Assembly (NCBI GenBank): GCA_010909165.1
Contig: MU008163.1
Coordinates: 1,488,001 to 1,552,000 of the forward strand
Origin: Anthoceros angustus
Lineage: Eukaryota; Plantae; Anthocerotophyta
Reading direction: 5' to 3'
Length of the DNA: 64,000 bases
Each line of letters opens with the position of its first letter. Position 1 is the stretch's first letter. The notes beneath the pieces are model-generated. The model did not search any database, was not told the DNA's origin, and worked only from the letters and a program-made list of their open reading frames with translations. This document shows, one piece after another, positions 1 through 12,583 of the stretch. A program made the translations under genes and the position numbers.

Positions 1-290
1 AGTGAGGAGAAAAGAAGCATGGCGGCCCTAGCCTTGTAGGAAAGAAATCCCCTACCAAGCCGCAAGGAAACCTGCAAAGGAAAAGAGCCTTCCTCAACGC
101 CCGAGGCAACAGCCTCTAAGATGTGAGCATCCCAGATCAAGAAACGGGAGGCTAAGATGGGGGCAAAGAGAGCCCAGCTCCCAAGGAAAATCGTCGGCGT
201 ATAGACCGCCGTGGCCAGGAGCTCGGTGCCACCAAAAGCAACAGGGAAGGAGGTAGGGATGCCTACCGCCTCGCTAGATCCCCAACGCCA
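1..290 (-). mobile_element. Fragment of CRE-like (RLE-type) non-LTR retrotransposon; direct copy of ~21689-21970
   Basis: Near-identical to 21689-21970. The minus strand gives pieces such as 'ASLPPS..GG' and 'FLGSWAL'. Ends at a (TA)n tract. Confidence 0.6.
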
Positions 291-299
291 CTATATATA

Positions 300-1700
300 T
301 ATATATCTTTGGTGGGAGGATGTGCAAGTTGATGTGTTTACATAACCATGATTGTGCAATCCAATACTAGTTTAAGACAACCTCATCTCAATATAATTCA
401 TGAATATTAAGTGAATGATTATGAACCTACTTCACAAATTGCAACTAAGTTTATGAAAATATTAGTATTGATAAAGATATGGGGGAGATTGGTGCTTCTC
501 TAGCTTAGGTCTCGATGACCATAGCTCGATTATGAGCTAATAATTTAGAGTTTCACTTTATAGCATGAATCCAATATATAGAAAAAGAAATAAATTCACA
601 TGGAAAAAATGATCATGAATTGACATAATGATAAGTGTATAATATCTTCATGTATATGTACAAAAATATTATGCGTGATAGCATTATTTTATTCCTTTTT
701 TCTTTAAATCATGTTTACGGATGGTTCTTCATGTATCCATATATGGGTGAAGATAGGCGTCATTCAAAAAGAAAAAAGGAATAAAATAATGCTATCACGC
801 GATAATATTTTTGTACATATACATGAAGATATTTCCACATTTGAAGCGAGGTGAAGATAGGAGGAATAAATCCAATTCTGAGCTCATTATATATTGGAGC
901 TTTGAGGAGGTGCTACATTACATAGGAGTAAATGATACATTGGCTACTTAGATCATTCACTTAATATTCATGAATTGACATAATGATAAGTGTATAATAT
1001 CTTCATGTATATGTACAAAAATATTATGCGTGATAGCATTATTTTATTCCTTTTTTCTTTAAATCATGTTTACGGATGGTTCTTCATGTATCCATATATG
1101 GGTGAAGATAGGCGTCATTCAAAAAGAAAACTATTATGTATATTTTATCTATGGCGACTAGGTAGACAAGTAAGAAGAATGTGGGTACTAAGTAGATATT
1201 TTGCATGTCTTGGAAGATTCTTGGAAGACCAAGAGTTTGGTCGATTGAAAGAGAAGATAAGAAGTCATGAAAGACGCCTTCTCTAGGTTAGGAACTAGAA
1301 ATCGCTCACCTACAAATTTATCATTATCTCATTCCCACCCGTTGTTCATAGTCGCTTTTGATTGTCCATTGTCTCTTTTAATCTATTTGTCCGCTCCTAA
1401 TAGGTGTTACATGCATGTGAAAGAAATAAATTCACATGGAAAAAATGATCATGAATTGACATAATGATAAGTGTATAATATCTTCATGTATCCATATATG
1501 GGTGAAGATAGGCGTCATTCAAAAAGAAATAAATTCACATGGAAAAAAAATGATCATGAATTATATTGAGATGAGGCTTTTAAACTAGTATTGGATTGCA
1601 CAATCATGGTTATGTAAATACATCAACTGGTTTTTCCATCTCTTTTATAATAAAGTCCTCTTTCCCCAATACATCAACTTGCACATCCAACTACCAAATA
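300..1700. repeat. Patchwork of AT-rich repeat pieces homologous to 21985-23150, in both orientations
   Basis: Blocks match 22000-22760 and 23000-23130 directly or inverted, and are joined at short shared motifs (gaagatat, tcattcac, aaagaaat, cttcatgtat, catgaatt). Confidence 0.8.
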
Positions 1701-1712
1701 TATATATATATA

Positions 1713-2750
1713 GTCACTCATAAGGGAAATATTATGCTCAAACAAGTCCAAAAGCGTTTATATAACTAGAAGGAAAGCAAAAATATCAAATCGAATCCTC
1801 AAGCAAAACTACGAGGTTACTTACAACAAAAACATGAGCACCATAGTCTTCTCAATAACAACCAAAGGAGTTGTCCATTGACAGTGACATACATACATAC
1901 CGAGTTAGTAAGGACTTCATAGTCAAACCACTCTAAGTGAAACATGCTAAGACGGTGTTACCCGACCCTCTTGTAAGAAGGCCCTTCCGCCTAACCCACT
2001 GTAAGGTGGGCCCTCTTGCCCCAAGGTGCTGCTGTAAGGGATCGCTTCTTGTAATGCCCTTGTGGACCGCCTCTTGTAACACCCCTTCACCGTGAAACCC
2101 TAACATGCCGCCTTGTAAGGACTTGAAGGCCTAGGTGCCTCTAGTTGTAAGTATATTTCCGAACCTCTTGGGGACTCGTTAAAGGCCCCCCACCCATTTA
2201 ACACCTCCTCTAAGTATATCTCTAAAATAATAATAGTAAAATGATGTCAAAGAAATTCAATAACATAAATCAATTATTCACTTGCATATAATAAATCTTA
2301 TTGACCTCTAAGATTTGGATAATGATTACTAGCTAATTCAAAATGCCTCTAACTACAGCTTGTAAGAATGCGCAAATTCATGGATGCATGCATAGGTCCT
2401 ATAGGTAGTATATTAAGAATGTATCTTGTATGTCTTTCTTGTGATTAATGTTACGTCAAGCTTTTGGGTTTTCCTAAGAATGATGTTGAAACCAAGTGCC
2501 CTTATGCATGTGTGGGGTTCCAAGCTAAGTTTCGAGGTGATTTTAGGAATGGGGTTTGAGTTTCGAGGTGGTTTTGTATGCTCTATTTAATTCAAAGTGT
2601 TCGGTCATAGAAATATTTATTATTTGAATAAAATTAAAAATTAATAAACAAATCAATAAGTTATATTATGTATATAAATATAATCCTCTCAAACTATGTC
2701 CATAAATAAAAAGTTACTGTGGTTTCGAAAGCACATAAATATGTACAAAG
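1713..2750. mobile_element. ~1.04 kb non-coding repeat element bounded by (TA)n tracts
   Basis: Starts GTCAC(C)TCATAAGGG and ends ATGTACAAAG, with TA runs at both ends. Copies at 2766-3125 (partial), 10075-11120, 11670-12128 (inverted, partial) and 12126-12500 (partial). No TIR or ORF seen. Confidence 0.6.
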
Positions 2751-2765
2751 ATATATATATATATA

Positions 2766-3125
2766 GTCACCTCATAAGGAAATATTATGCTCAAACAAGT
2801 CCAAAAAGCTTATATAACTAGAAGGAAAGCAAAAATATCAAATCAATCCTCAAGCAAAACTACGAGGTTACTTACAACAAAAACATGAGCACCATAGTCT
2901 TCTCAATAACAACCAAAGGAGTTGTCCATTGAGTGACATACATACATGAGTTAGTAAGGACTTCATAGTCAAACCACTCTAAGTGAAACCGCTAAGACGG
3001 TGTTACCCGACCCTCTTGTAAGAAGGCCCTTCCGCCTAACCTACTGTAAGGCCCGGTGGGGCCCCTCTTGAAGCCCTAAGGTGCTGCCAGTTGTAAGGGA
3101 TCGCTTCTTGTAATGCCCTTGTGTG
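2766..3125. repeat. Truncated second copy of the TA-bounded element, fused to the ZNFX1 upstream region
   Basis: Matches 1713-2060, then switches at tgcccttgtgtg (3114-3125) into the inverted-repeat arm. Confidence 0.75.
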
Positions 3126-3641
3126 CCATCCCCGGCGGCCGATGTCCCTGCCCCTGCCCCTGCTGCCGCGCGGAGGATTGGGTCTTGGATGAAGTGTCAG
3201 TTAATTTGTTTAATCTGTCATTCACGAGCTCTCCCGGTTAGAAACCAAGAGCCTTGCGGTGCTTATCAGCCTCGCAGACGTTCCGTGCGTTTGGTATTCC
3301 GTCCATCCCGGTGTCTCAACGTCCGAGCGTGTGGCAAGCGTCGGGGGAGAGGTGAGAGAGAGATCGGTTGGAGGAGTCGTGATCGTAACTCTTGAGTCGG
3401 TTACGCCGTCACTGTTGTCCTGGAGATTTGACCGGTCTTGGACCCTCCAGAAGCATCCTCCACTTAAATATTACGGCACAGGCTGACGGCCTGTCCTCCC
3501 AAGTGGAGAGTAGGGAGGAGCGTAATCTGTTGGTGCCGAAGAGTGCAAGTAGACCTCTCGAATTTGTTCGCCTCACATTTGCCTGACGCACAGCAAGCAT
3601 TCGCATTCGGCAGAGGGGACGCTGGGGAAACGTTTTCTGAC

Positions 3642-6600
3642 ATGGAGAAGTCGGAGACGGGGAAAAGCGCAATTCTGCCTTGGAGGCGGCATACACAAAC
3701 TGCCACAGCAAACAGCACAGCTGCGGCGAGCAACAGTGCAACTCACACCCGGGACCTGGAGCCTGGGAAAAGCGAAATGCCGGGCCCTTGGAGGAGACAA
3801 TGTCATGAATCAAGCAGCAGCACGTCGACTGTACACGTGAGGAATCACAGAGCGACCATGGGGAGTAATAGCACAACTATGGGGAGTAACACCAGAACCA
3901 ACAATGTGCCTTGCAAGCATTTCCAACTCGGGGGATGCAGATACGGTGCGGGTTGTAAATACCGGCATGTCCTGGAGGATGAAGGTGGGTCGAGTCGGGC
4001 TGCACCTAGAGATCGAGGAGCCCGAGGTGAGCTGCAATTGCGACTTCTTTCGTCTTCGACGAATTTCAGTTTGCATGTTTGATTTCGTGCTTATCTTGGA
4101 GAGAAATATTATTAGTCACATTTATGGCTGGCAGGGTTGAAGCCAGATGTTGTGGCCCGAGCTGGACTTGTTCAAGATGTTTCAGCTCTGTCTTCGACCC
4201 AGCTGCGTTACTGGCTTCAGAACCAAATAGAGGCAGTCAGCGGCCACCAACATCGAAGTGCTGGGCACGGAAGGAAGTCCCGGTTTTAAGAATCTAGTGA
4301 GTGTTCTCGAAAGAAGAGATCTGACGGAAGCTGTGGTCACAAAGATTGTGGAGCTGTTCACGAAAGAGGAGATACGGAGCTCCATGATGAGGCACAAGAC
4401 GAATCGGATGTATGGGATTCTGCTAGGATCGCCGTTTATGATGCAGTTTTGGTCTCACATTCAAGGCTTGCAATCCAAGGCCGAGACAGTTACGCATGTG
4501 TCCAACTTGTGGAGGAGATACAGACCGGACAGCGGACGGTTGAAGGAAGTTCCTCTTGATGCGATTAAGACGGTGGTTGATGAGCTGGTGGAAGAAGGAA
4601 TGACGAGGGTGGAAATGTTTCACAGCGAGATCCCCAACTGGATGCTCCTAGCAGATGTGACGCGATTGTTGGAGCAGAGGGCGAAATTGAAGCGTTTGAG
4701 GGCAGTTTCATGTTCAAACAAATGCCTGCAGGTAGCAAGTGCAATTCTCTTCCCTTTGATTGCCGTCGTGAAATTGTGAGCAGACTGTTGATTCATCCAT
4801 TGCTCTGCCTCATCTCATGTAGGGAGAGGAGTTTAGGGCGATTCCAATTCTGCCCACTGACGCTGAAATGGAAACATCCGACATTGTTTCAGACCTCTAC
4901 CAATCAATCAGATTGGCAGACGCTATACCTCGGTTGTGGAGTATCTCGAGACACAATTCCAGCTCCTGAGAGAGGATTACATTGAGCCTTTGAGACGAGG
5001 CATAAACGAGTATAAGAATCACCACGCAGGCCAGAGAGCTGACAACAGTACTCAGGAGCTGAGCATTTACGTGGATGTTCGCTTTCGGCCTGGAGTCCGA
5101 TTCGGTCGAGAAGGCATACAGTACGAGGTACGATATTGATGCAGCTGCATCTCAACATAGTCGAGATTGTTCCCGTGTCGCTTTCAAGAGTGAATTCACA
5201 CTGCAACGTTTCCACTTTGGTGTTCATTCTCTTCAGGTCCACTTCAAGGTTCCTGATGGGAGACAAATTAGTGGGACAGAGCCAAACGGTTGATGTTTGG
5301 CTCCTACTATGTTTCTCCGACGACAAATTTGCGTCACATTTGTGGTGGCGGGGCGTTCGGTGGATGATCTTACTAAGGGAACATTGCTCATCCGCCTCTT
5401 TAAGGACACTATCCCAAAGCTACCAACATCACCGGAAGCCTCGGCAAGGAGCGAATCAGCTTGCTGCCGTTGGTTGAACCAGGCCAGCGTTTTGTCATGG
5501 TGGAGTCAACTTCTGCCTATTTTGAAGCATACGCGCATGTTCTCAAAAGCTTGCAACGAGAGGAGATGTGCAGGCAGCTAGTTTTCACCAAGCACTTAAT
5601 CGATTTGGAGCCCAAGGTAGCCACCAAGCTATCTGGCAAGTAGGCCTAAGAACGGTGAGTTCAGTTTAGCATCGGCCTTCCCTGAGTTGATGACAGAAGT
5701 TGGAAGAGATTCCTTCGACATACTATCAACCTGGCCTGAGTGGAAGGGATGTGCTCTAGATTACAGCCAGAGAGAGGCTCTGAGCACGGCCTCACGAAGG
5801 AGCTAGCCATCATACAAGGCCCTCCTGGGACAGGGAAGACGTTTGTGGGTTGCTACTTGTCAGGATTCTGCTAGAGAATCTGAAGAAGCAGAAGAGTAGT
5901 CTCACCAGCTATGCCATGGCCCAGTCAGGAAGCAGTCTCCATCAGGAGGATGTCCGTGGACCTATTATGGTGGTGTGCTACACCAATCACGCCCTTGACC
6001 AGTTTCTGATGGGAATCCATGAGTTTGAGAACAGCTTAATTCGCATAGGAGGGCGGAGCAAGCATGAAGTTCTAAAGTCCCAGAGTTTGGCTAAACTTGT
6101 ATCTGAACAACGAGACTCCAAGAATGTTAACGGCAGCCATCATCGGGCTTCTATGAGGCAAAGACCGCAACAGTAGCATTACAAAATCAGATTGACGGAA
6201 ATACGTTCCGCTCCTGAACAAGGTGCGAGTTCGTAATGCTGTTCGGCCTCTCAGTATTATGCGTTGTACTAATCAATGCTTTACTTTTGCAGATGCTTGT
6301 TGATCGAACCGCACTACAGGAAGTCGCTGCTCCACAGCACATAGAGTCGTTGCTGGTTTGCAAGAATAGAGGAAACCTCAATGACACAGACATCGTCCAC
6401 ATTTGGCTGTCTGGGGCACCTAGAGATTTCCAGAAGGGCAACCATGAACGCAAGGGTACCTATGAATGACCAAACACAGCTGACTGGCTTGATCCTTGAA
6501 AACCGATATGACACCCTCGGACACCTTGAGCCGGATACAGATGATGAAGCAACCATCCAGCGAATGGATCCAGCTGATGCAGAATCAATCGCATCAGAAT

Positions 6601-9600
6601 TTGAATACCAAGTTGACGAGCAGGATGAGGACAGGGAAGAAACGCCTGAACCGAACACCGTCGCACACCTTGAGCCGGATGAAGATGATGAAGCAACTAC
6701 TCTCCAGCAAATGGATTCGTCTGATGCAGAAGAAGAACAGAAAACTGAAGATGGTTCACGCTCAGAAGACAGTATACTGCAGCATTTGATTGAGCAAGAA
6801 CGCCAACAACTGGGTTTGGATGACTTCATCCACTTCACAGATGTATGGGCACTGCCTCGGACACTGCGAGTGCAGTTGCACGAACTTTGGCTCAGAGCTA
6901 TGAAGACTGCTGCTAAGGAACATATCGACAAACTTTCCAAGGAGTATGAAGAGGCATGCAGCAACAGCCTGGAGGTGGAGAAAGAATCCAATTATCCCCT
7001 GCGACAAGCGACGTGGTGGGCATGACCACCACTGCAGCTTCCGATACCATGACATGCTGGTGTCACTGAAGTCGGAGATAGTGATAGTCGAGGAAGCTGC
7101 TGAGGTCCTGGAAAGTCACATCCTTGCAAGTGTGAGCCCTCATACAAGGCATCTCATACTGATAGGAGATCATCAACAACTACGTCCATCTGTCGCAGTC
7201 CACAGGTTGGCAGTTAAAACAAGCTTGATGTATCCATGTTCGAAAGGCTTGTCACGAGCGGAGTAGAGTACAGATCTTTGGATGTGCAAAGACGAATGAG
7301 ACCTAGTATCTCAAACCTCATAATGCCCCTCTATCCCCATCTCAGGGACCACACCAGTGTGACCCAGTATCCAGATGTTCAAGGTGTGAGAGACAACGTT
7401 TTCTTTCTCGATCACAAAGAAGAGGAGAGTTCCAGCAGAGAATCAGGAACAGGTTCCAAGGTGAACAGAGAGGAAGCCAGGATTGTTGTGGAGTTTTGTC
7501 TGTATCTTCTCAACCAGGGCACTTACTCTGCTTCAGACATTACGATTTTGAGTATGTATTCCGGCCAGGTGAAAGACTGCTAACCTCAAACCTCGGAGCA
7601 TTTGGGGTCCAGGTACAGTAATGACGGTTGATACGTTGTCTAATGCTTGGAGATGTGTCTGTAGGTACAAGAGATTAGAACTCTCTTGACTCCACGTATT
7701 CAAGCTAGGTGGCCAGCAAAGATTGTTGCACCAGGCCTTGATGAGCAAGAAGAGCAAAGTCAAGCCTCCGAGCGAGTTCCCAGAGTCAGCAGCGTTGATG
7801 ATTTCAGGGAGAGTGACATAATTCTTCTTTCTTTGGTCCGCAGCAACCACTTGGAGGATAAAGATGGCCCTGGCAAGATCGGGTTCCTGAGCGTATCCAA
7901 CAGAGTATGTGTTGCCATATCCAGAGCTCGAATTGGTTTGTACTTGTTCGGAAATGCAGAGCTCCTATCTGAAAAGAGTGAAGTCTGGAGGACAGTGATC
8001 GGAAGGCTCTCCCAATCTGGTCTTCCTCACTTGTGCCTGTGTTGCCCGAATCACCCAGGGAAGATGACCAAGGTGGCACGGGCTTCAGATTATGCTCAGG
8101 TAAGGGACGGGGTTGTAGCAGGCCCTGCACCTTCCAGATAGAATGCGGCCATGTTTGCCCTCGACGGTGCCATCCTGGTGGTCATGACCACATTGTATGC
8201 CCAAGCGGTGCTCCAGGCAACATGCAACCTGTGAGCATAAGTGTGCGAAGATTTGCCATGCGGGAGCAGACTGTCCTCCATGTCCAGTTCTGATGAGAAG
8301 GACCCTCTCTGCATGTGGTCATGAACGAGTGGTGGAATGCTCAGAACCCCTGGACCAGCTTACGTGCAGAGACCCAGCCCAAAACAGCTTAGCTGTGGTC
8401 ACAGCTGCCCGAACTTGTGTGGTCAGCCATGCCGTGAAAATGCCTCAAGCAGGTGAAGAGCAGACTTCCCTGTGGCCATATGCAAAAACATCAATGCCAC
8501 GAAGATCTGAGCAAAGTTGTATGCCAAACTCGTTGCACAGCTATATTGGAAGGCTGCAACCATGAATGTCAAGGTAAGCCGAATTCCCTGTTCTTCCCAT
8601 TCTGCCCAGAGACCACCATTCTCACCTTTCAGAACGGGCTTCCTGCTGCAGGTACTTGTGGAGTGCAAACAAGGTTCTTGTCACGTCCCTTGTCGCAAAC
8701 CATGTGGACGCTTGCTTCCCTGCGGTCATTCCTGTCCCGCGGGATGCTCAGAGATGCCCCTGCCAGGCGCCTGTGAGAGAGATGTGTGCAGCAAATGCTC
8801 ACTAAAGTGCGGGGAAGAATGCCGTCCCTGCATGGAAAAGTGCGCCTGGAAATGCAGACATCACCACTGTGATCTGCTCTGCCATGAGCCATGCATCAGA
8901 CCACGATGCAACTGTCGCTGCAACAGGAAACTGCCAAGATGCAAGCATCGGTGCAGCGGGTTGTGTGGAGAGCCATGTCCACGCAAGTGCAAAACCTGTG
9001 ATGGAGACACCTTGGACATCATCTCCCAAATGAGGCTGGACGAGCTCGAAAACACGGACAAGATGCAACTTCAAGACTGTAAACACGTCTTTGAGGTATC
9101 AGGGATTGACCAGTGGATGGACCAGGATGACTCCATTCCAGACTTGAGTTCCGACTCACAGCGGCTTCATCAGCGACCGCCATCAAACTGAAACAGTGGT
9201 AAGCATCATGTTCCTGACTGAAATTCCATCTTCAATACTACCTTCATGCACGTGTACACGATCAGGTCCCAAACATCGTTTCTGTGCGCAGCCCTGAGTG
9301 CAGGACCCCAGTGAGGAGGTCACCAGGTATGCAAATGTGGTGAAACAGACACTGCAGCAAATCGAGGCAGTGAAACGAAGAGTTAACGGTTACGAGCATT
9401 GCAAGCTGGGGACGGATTCCTGAGCAGGCAGGACGTCGCCAAAGCCATACCTTGCTACCTGCAGGCACTGAAATTCAACCCTAGCCTGCAAGAGGCTCAC
9501 TACGGCATTGGATGTGCCTATGCAACCGGCAAATCCGCATGCGCAAAAGCTTGGTTCCACTTGCACTTCGTGGTTTCAAGAAGCCGATTCAAGCATCACC

Positions 9601-9891
9601 CTGCCATCTCCCGTGCATCAAAAGCAGCTATTCCTAAATCCCAGGACGACTCGGACTACATCAGGAATATGGACCACTCCACGGCGAGATCGCAATCAAC
9701 AGGTACTTCCAGTGATTTCCAAAGTTCAAACAACTGCTCCTTTCCACCAGATGCTGCTTTCTGAACGTCAGAGGCTGTGAACGGTGATCATGGTGCAGCA
9801 AGTACGGCCATTGCGCTGAAGGCGATGGTGCAGCTGGCATCGGTGCTCACGAAAATGAAGGAGTTCGATCGTGCAACGCAAATATGTGAAG
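3642..9891 (+). pseudogene. ZNFX1: ZNFX1-like helicase, 3'-truncated duplicate lacking the RZ finger
   Basis: Same motifs as the minus-strand copy. Broken at 9891 after 'RATQICE' by a switch into AT-rich repeat. Frameshifts lie at different positions from the other copy. Confidence 0.85.
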
Positions 9892-10074
9892 TAGGTTCAC
9901 AATCATTCACTTAGTATCCATGGTTTTATTGAGACGAGGCTATCTAAAACTAGTATTGGATTGCATAATCATGGTTATGTAAATACATCAAGTTTTTCCA
10001 TCTCTTTTATAATAAAGTCCTCTTTCCCCAATACATCAACTTGCACATCCAACTACCAAATATATATATATATA

Positions 10075-11120
10075 GTCACCTCATAAGGGAAATATTATGC
10101 TCAAACAAGTCCAAAAAGCTTATATAACTAGAAGGAAAGCAAAAATATCAAATCAGATCCTCGCAAAACTACGAGGTTACTTACAACAAAAACATGAGCA
10201 CCATAGTCTTCTCAATAACAACCAAAGGAGTTGTCCATTGACAGTGACATACATGCAATGGAGTTAGTAAGGACTTCATAGTCAAACCACTCTAAGTGAA
10301 ACATCGCTAAGGCGGTGTTACCCACCCTCTTGTAAGAAGGCCCTTCCGCCTAACCCACTGTGGCCGGTGGGGGCCCTCTTGAAGCCCTAAGGTGCCATGT
10401 AAGGATCGCCTTGTAATGCCCTTGTGTGGACCGCCTCTTGTAACACCCTTCTTCACCGTGAAACCCTAACATGCACTGTAAGGACTTGAAGGCCTAGGGT
10501 GCCTCTAGTTGTAAGTATATTTCCTAACCTCTTGGGGACTCGTTAAAAGGCCTAGGACCCATTTAACACCTCCTCTAAGTATATCTCTAAAATAATAATA
10601 GTAAAATGATGTCAAAGAAATTCAATAACATAAATCAATTATTCACTTGCATATAAATAAATCTTATTGACCTCTAAGATTTGGATAATGATTACTAGCT
10701 AATTCAAAATGCCTCTAACGGCCTTGTAAGAATCTTAAATTCATGGATGCATGCATAGGTCCTATAGGTAGTATAATTAAGAATGTATCTTGTATGTCTT
10801 TCTTGTGATTAATGTTACCTCAAGCTTTTGGGTTTTCCTAAGAATGATGTTGGCGAAAGTGCCCTTATGCATGTGTGGGGTTCCAAGCTAAGTTTCGAGG
10901 TGATTTTAGGACCGATGGGGTTTGAGTTTCGAGGTGGTTTTGTATGCTCTATTAATTCGAGAAAGTGTTCGGTCATAGAAATATTTATTATTTGAATAAA
11001 ATTAAAAATTAATAAACAAATCAATAAGTTATATTATGTATATAAATATAATCCTCTCAAACTATGTCCATAAATAAAAAGTTACTGTGGTTTCATGAAA
11101 GCACATAAATATGTACAAAG
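10075..11120. mobile_element. Full copy of the TA-bounded ~1.04 kb element
   Basis: Collinear with 1713-2750. Confidence 0.6.
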
Positions 11121-12128
11121 ATATATGTACGTTTGCAACAGAAGAGGGTAAGGCGGTAGGGGTGACAACCCCGGATCCGGACACGAGCAAAAAGTAGTTG
11201 GCTATATCAAAATGTTGCCAAGTCCCGTTCCGTTGCCCCAGGCTGGTCTGGAGCTCCCATCAACGGTGGAGTGGGTGTTGCCGGCAGCTGGGCGGTGACC
11301 TCACCGCCGATCCGCGTGGCAATCCGGGCATCGCGAAGTTTGCATCGGCCCGCCACACTCGCCTACGACATAGATGTGGCTGCTGGGACACTGGTACCAG
11401 TGTCCCAGCGGCCCACATCTATGTCGTAGGCGAGTGTGGCGGGCCGATGCAAACTTCGCGATGCCCGGATTGCCACGCGGATCGGCGGTGAGGTCACCGC
11501 CCAGCTGCCGGCAACACCCACTCCACCGTTGATGGGAGCTCCAGACCAGCCTGGGGCAACGGAACGGGACTTGGCAACATTTTGATATAGCCAACTACTT
11601 TTTGCTCGTGTCCGGATCCGGGGTTGTCTACCCTACCGCCTTACCCTCTTCTGTTGCAAACGTACATATATCTTTGTACATATTATGCTTTCATGAAACC
11701 ACAGTAACTTTTTATTTATGGACATAGTTTGAGAGGATTATATTTATATACATAATATAACTTATTGATTTGTTTATTAATTTTAATTTTTATTCAAATA
11801 ATAAATATTTCTATGACCGAACACTTTCGAATTAAATAGAGCATACAAAACCACCTGAAACTCAAACCCCATCGGTCCTAAAATCACCTCGAAACTTAGC
11901 TTGGAACCCCACACATGCATAAGGGCACTTGGTTTCAACATCATTCTTAGGAAAACCCAAAAGCTTAGGTAACATTAATCACAAGAAAGACATACAAGAT
12001 ACATTCTTAATACTACCTATAGGACCTATGCATCCATGAATTTGATTCTTACAAGCTACGTAGTTAGCATTTTGAATTAGCTAGTAATCATTATCCAAAT
12101 CTTAGAGGTCAATAAGATTTATTTATGC
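10648..12128. repeat. Zero-spacer palindrome (~740 bp arms) centred at 11395/11396
   Basis: Centre gggacactggt|accagtgtccc. ORFs 11198-11491 + and 11301-11594 - are mirror images. Confidence 0.95.
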
Positions 12129-12583
12129 ATGCATAGGTCCTATAGGTAGTATAATTAAGAATGTATCTTGTATGTCTTTCTTGTGATTAATGTTACATCA
12201 AGCTTTTGGGTTTTCCTAAGAATGATGTTGAAACCAAGTGCCCTTATGCATGTGTGGGGTTCCAAGCTAAGTTTCGAGGTGATTTTAGGACCGATGGGGT
12301 TTGAGTTTCGAGGTGGTTTTGTATGCTCTATTTAATTCAGAAAGTGTTCGGTCATAGAAATATTTATTATTTGAATAAAATTAAAAATTAATAAACAAAT
12401 CAATAAGTTATATTATGTATATAAATATAATCCTCTCAAACTATGTCCATAAATAAAAAGTTACTGTGGTTTCATGAAAGCACATAAATATGTACAAAGA
12501 TATATGTACGTTTGCAACAGAAGAGGGGTAAGGCGGTAGGGGTAGACAACCCCCGGATCCGGACACGAGCAAAAAGTAGTTGG

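Noticed and set aside
6314-6991. Ser-rich 225 aa minus-strand ORF (mirror at 15782-16408)
   Set aside because: Antisense of the acidic helicase insert.
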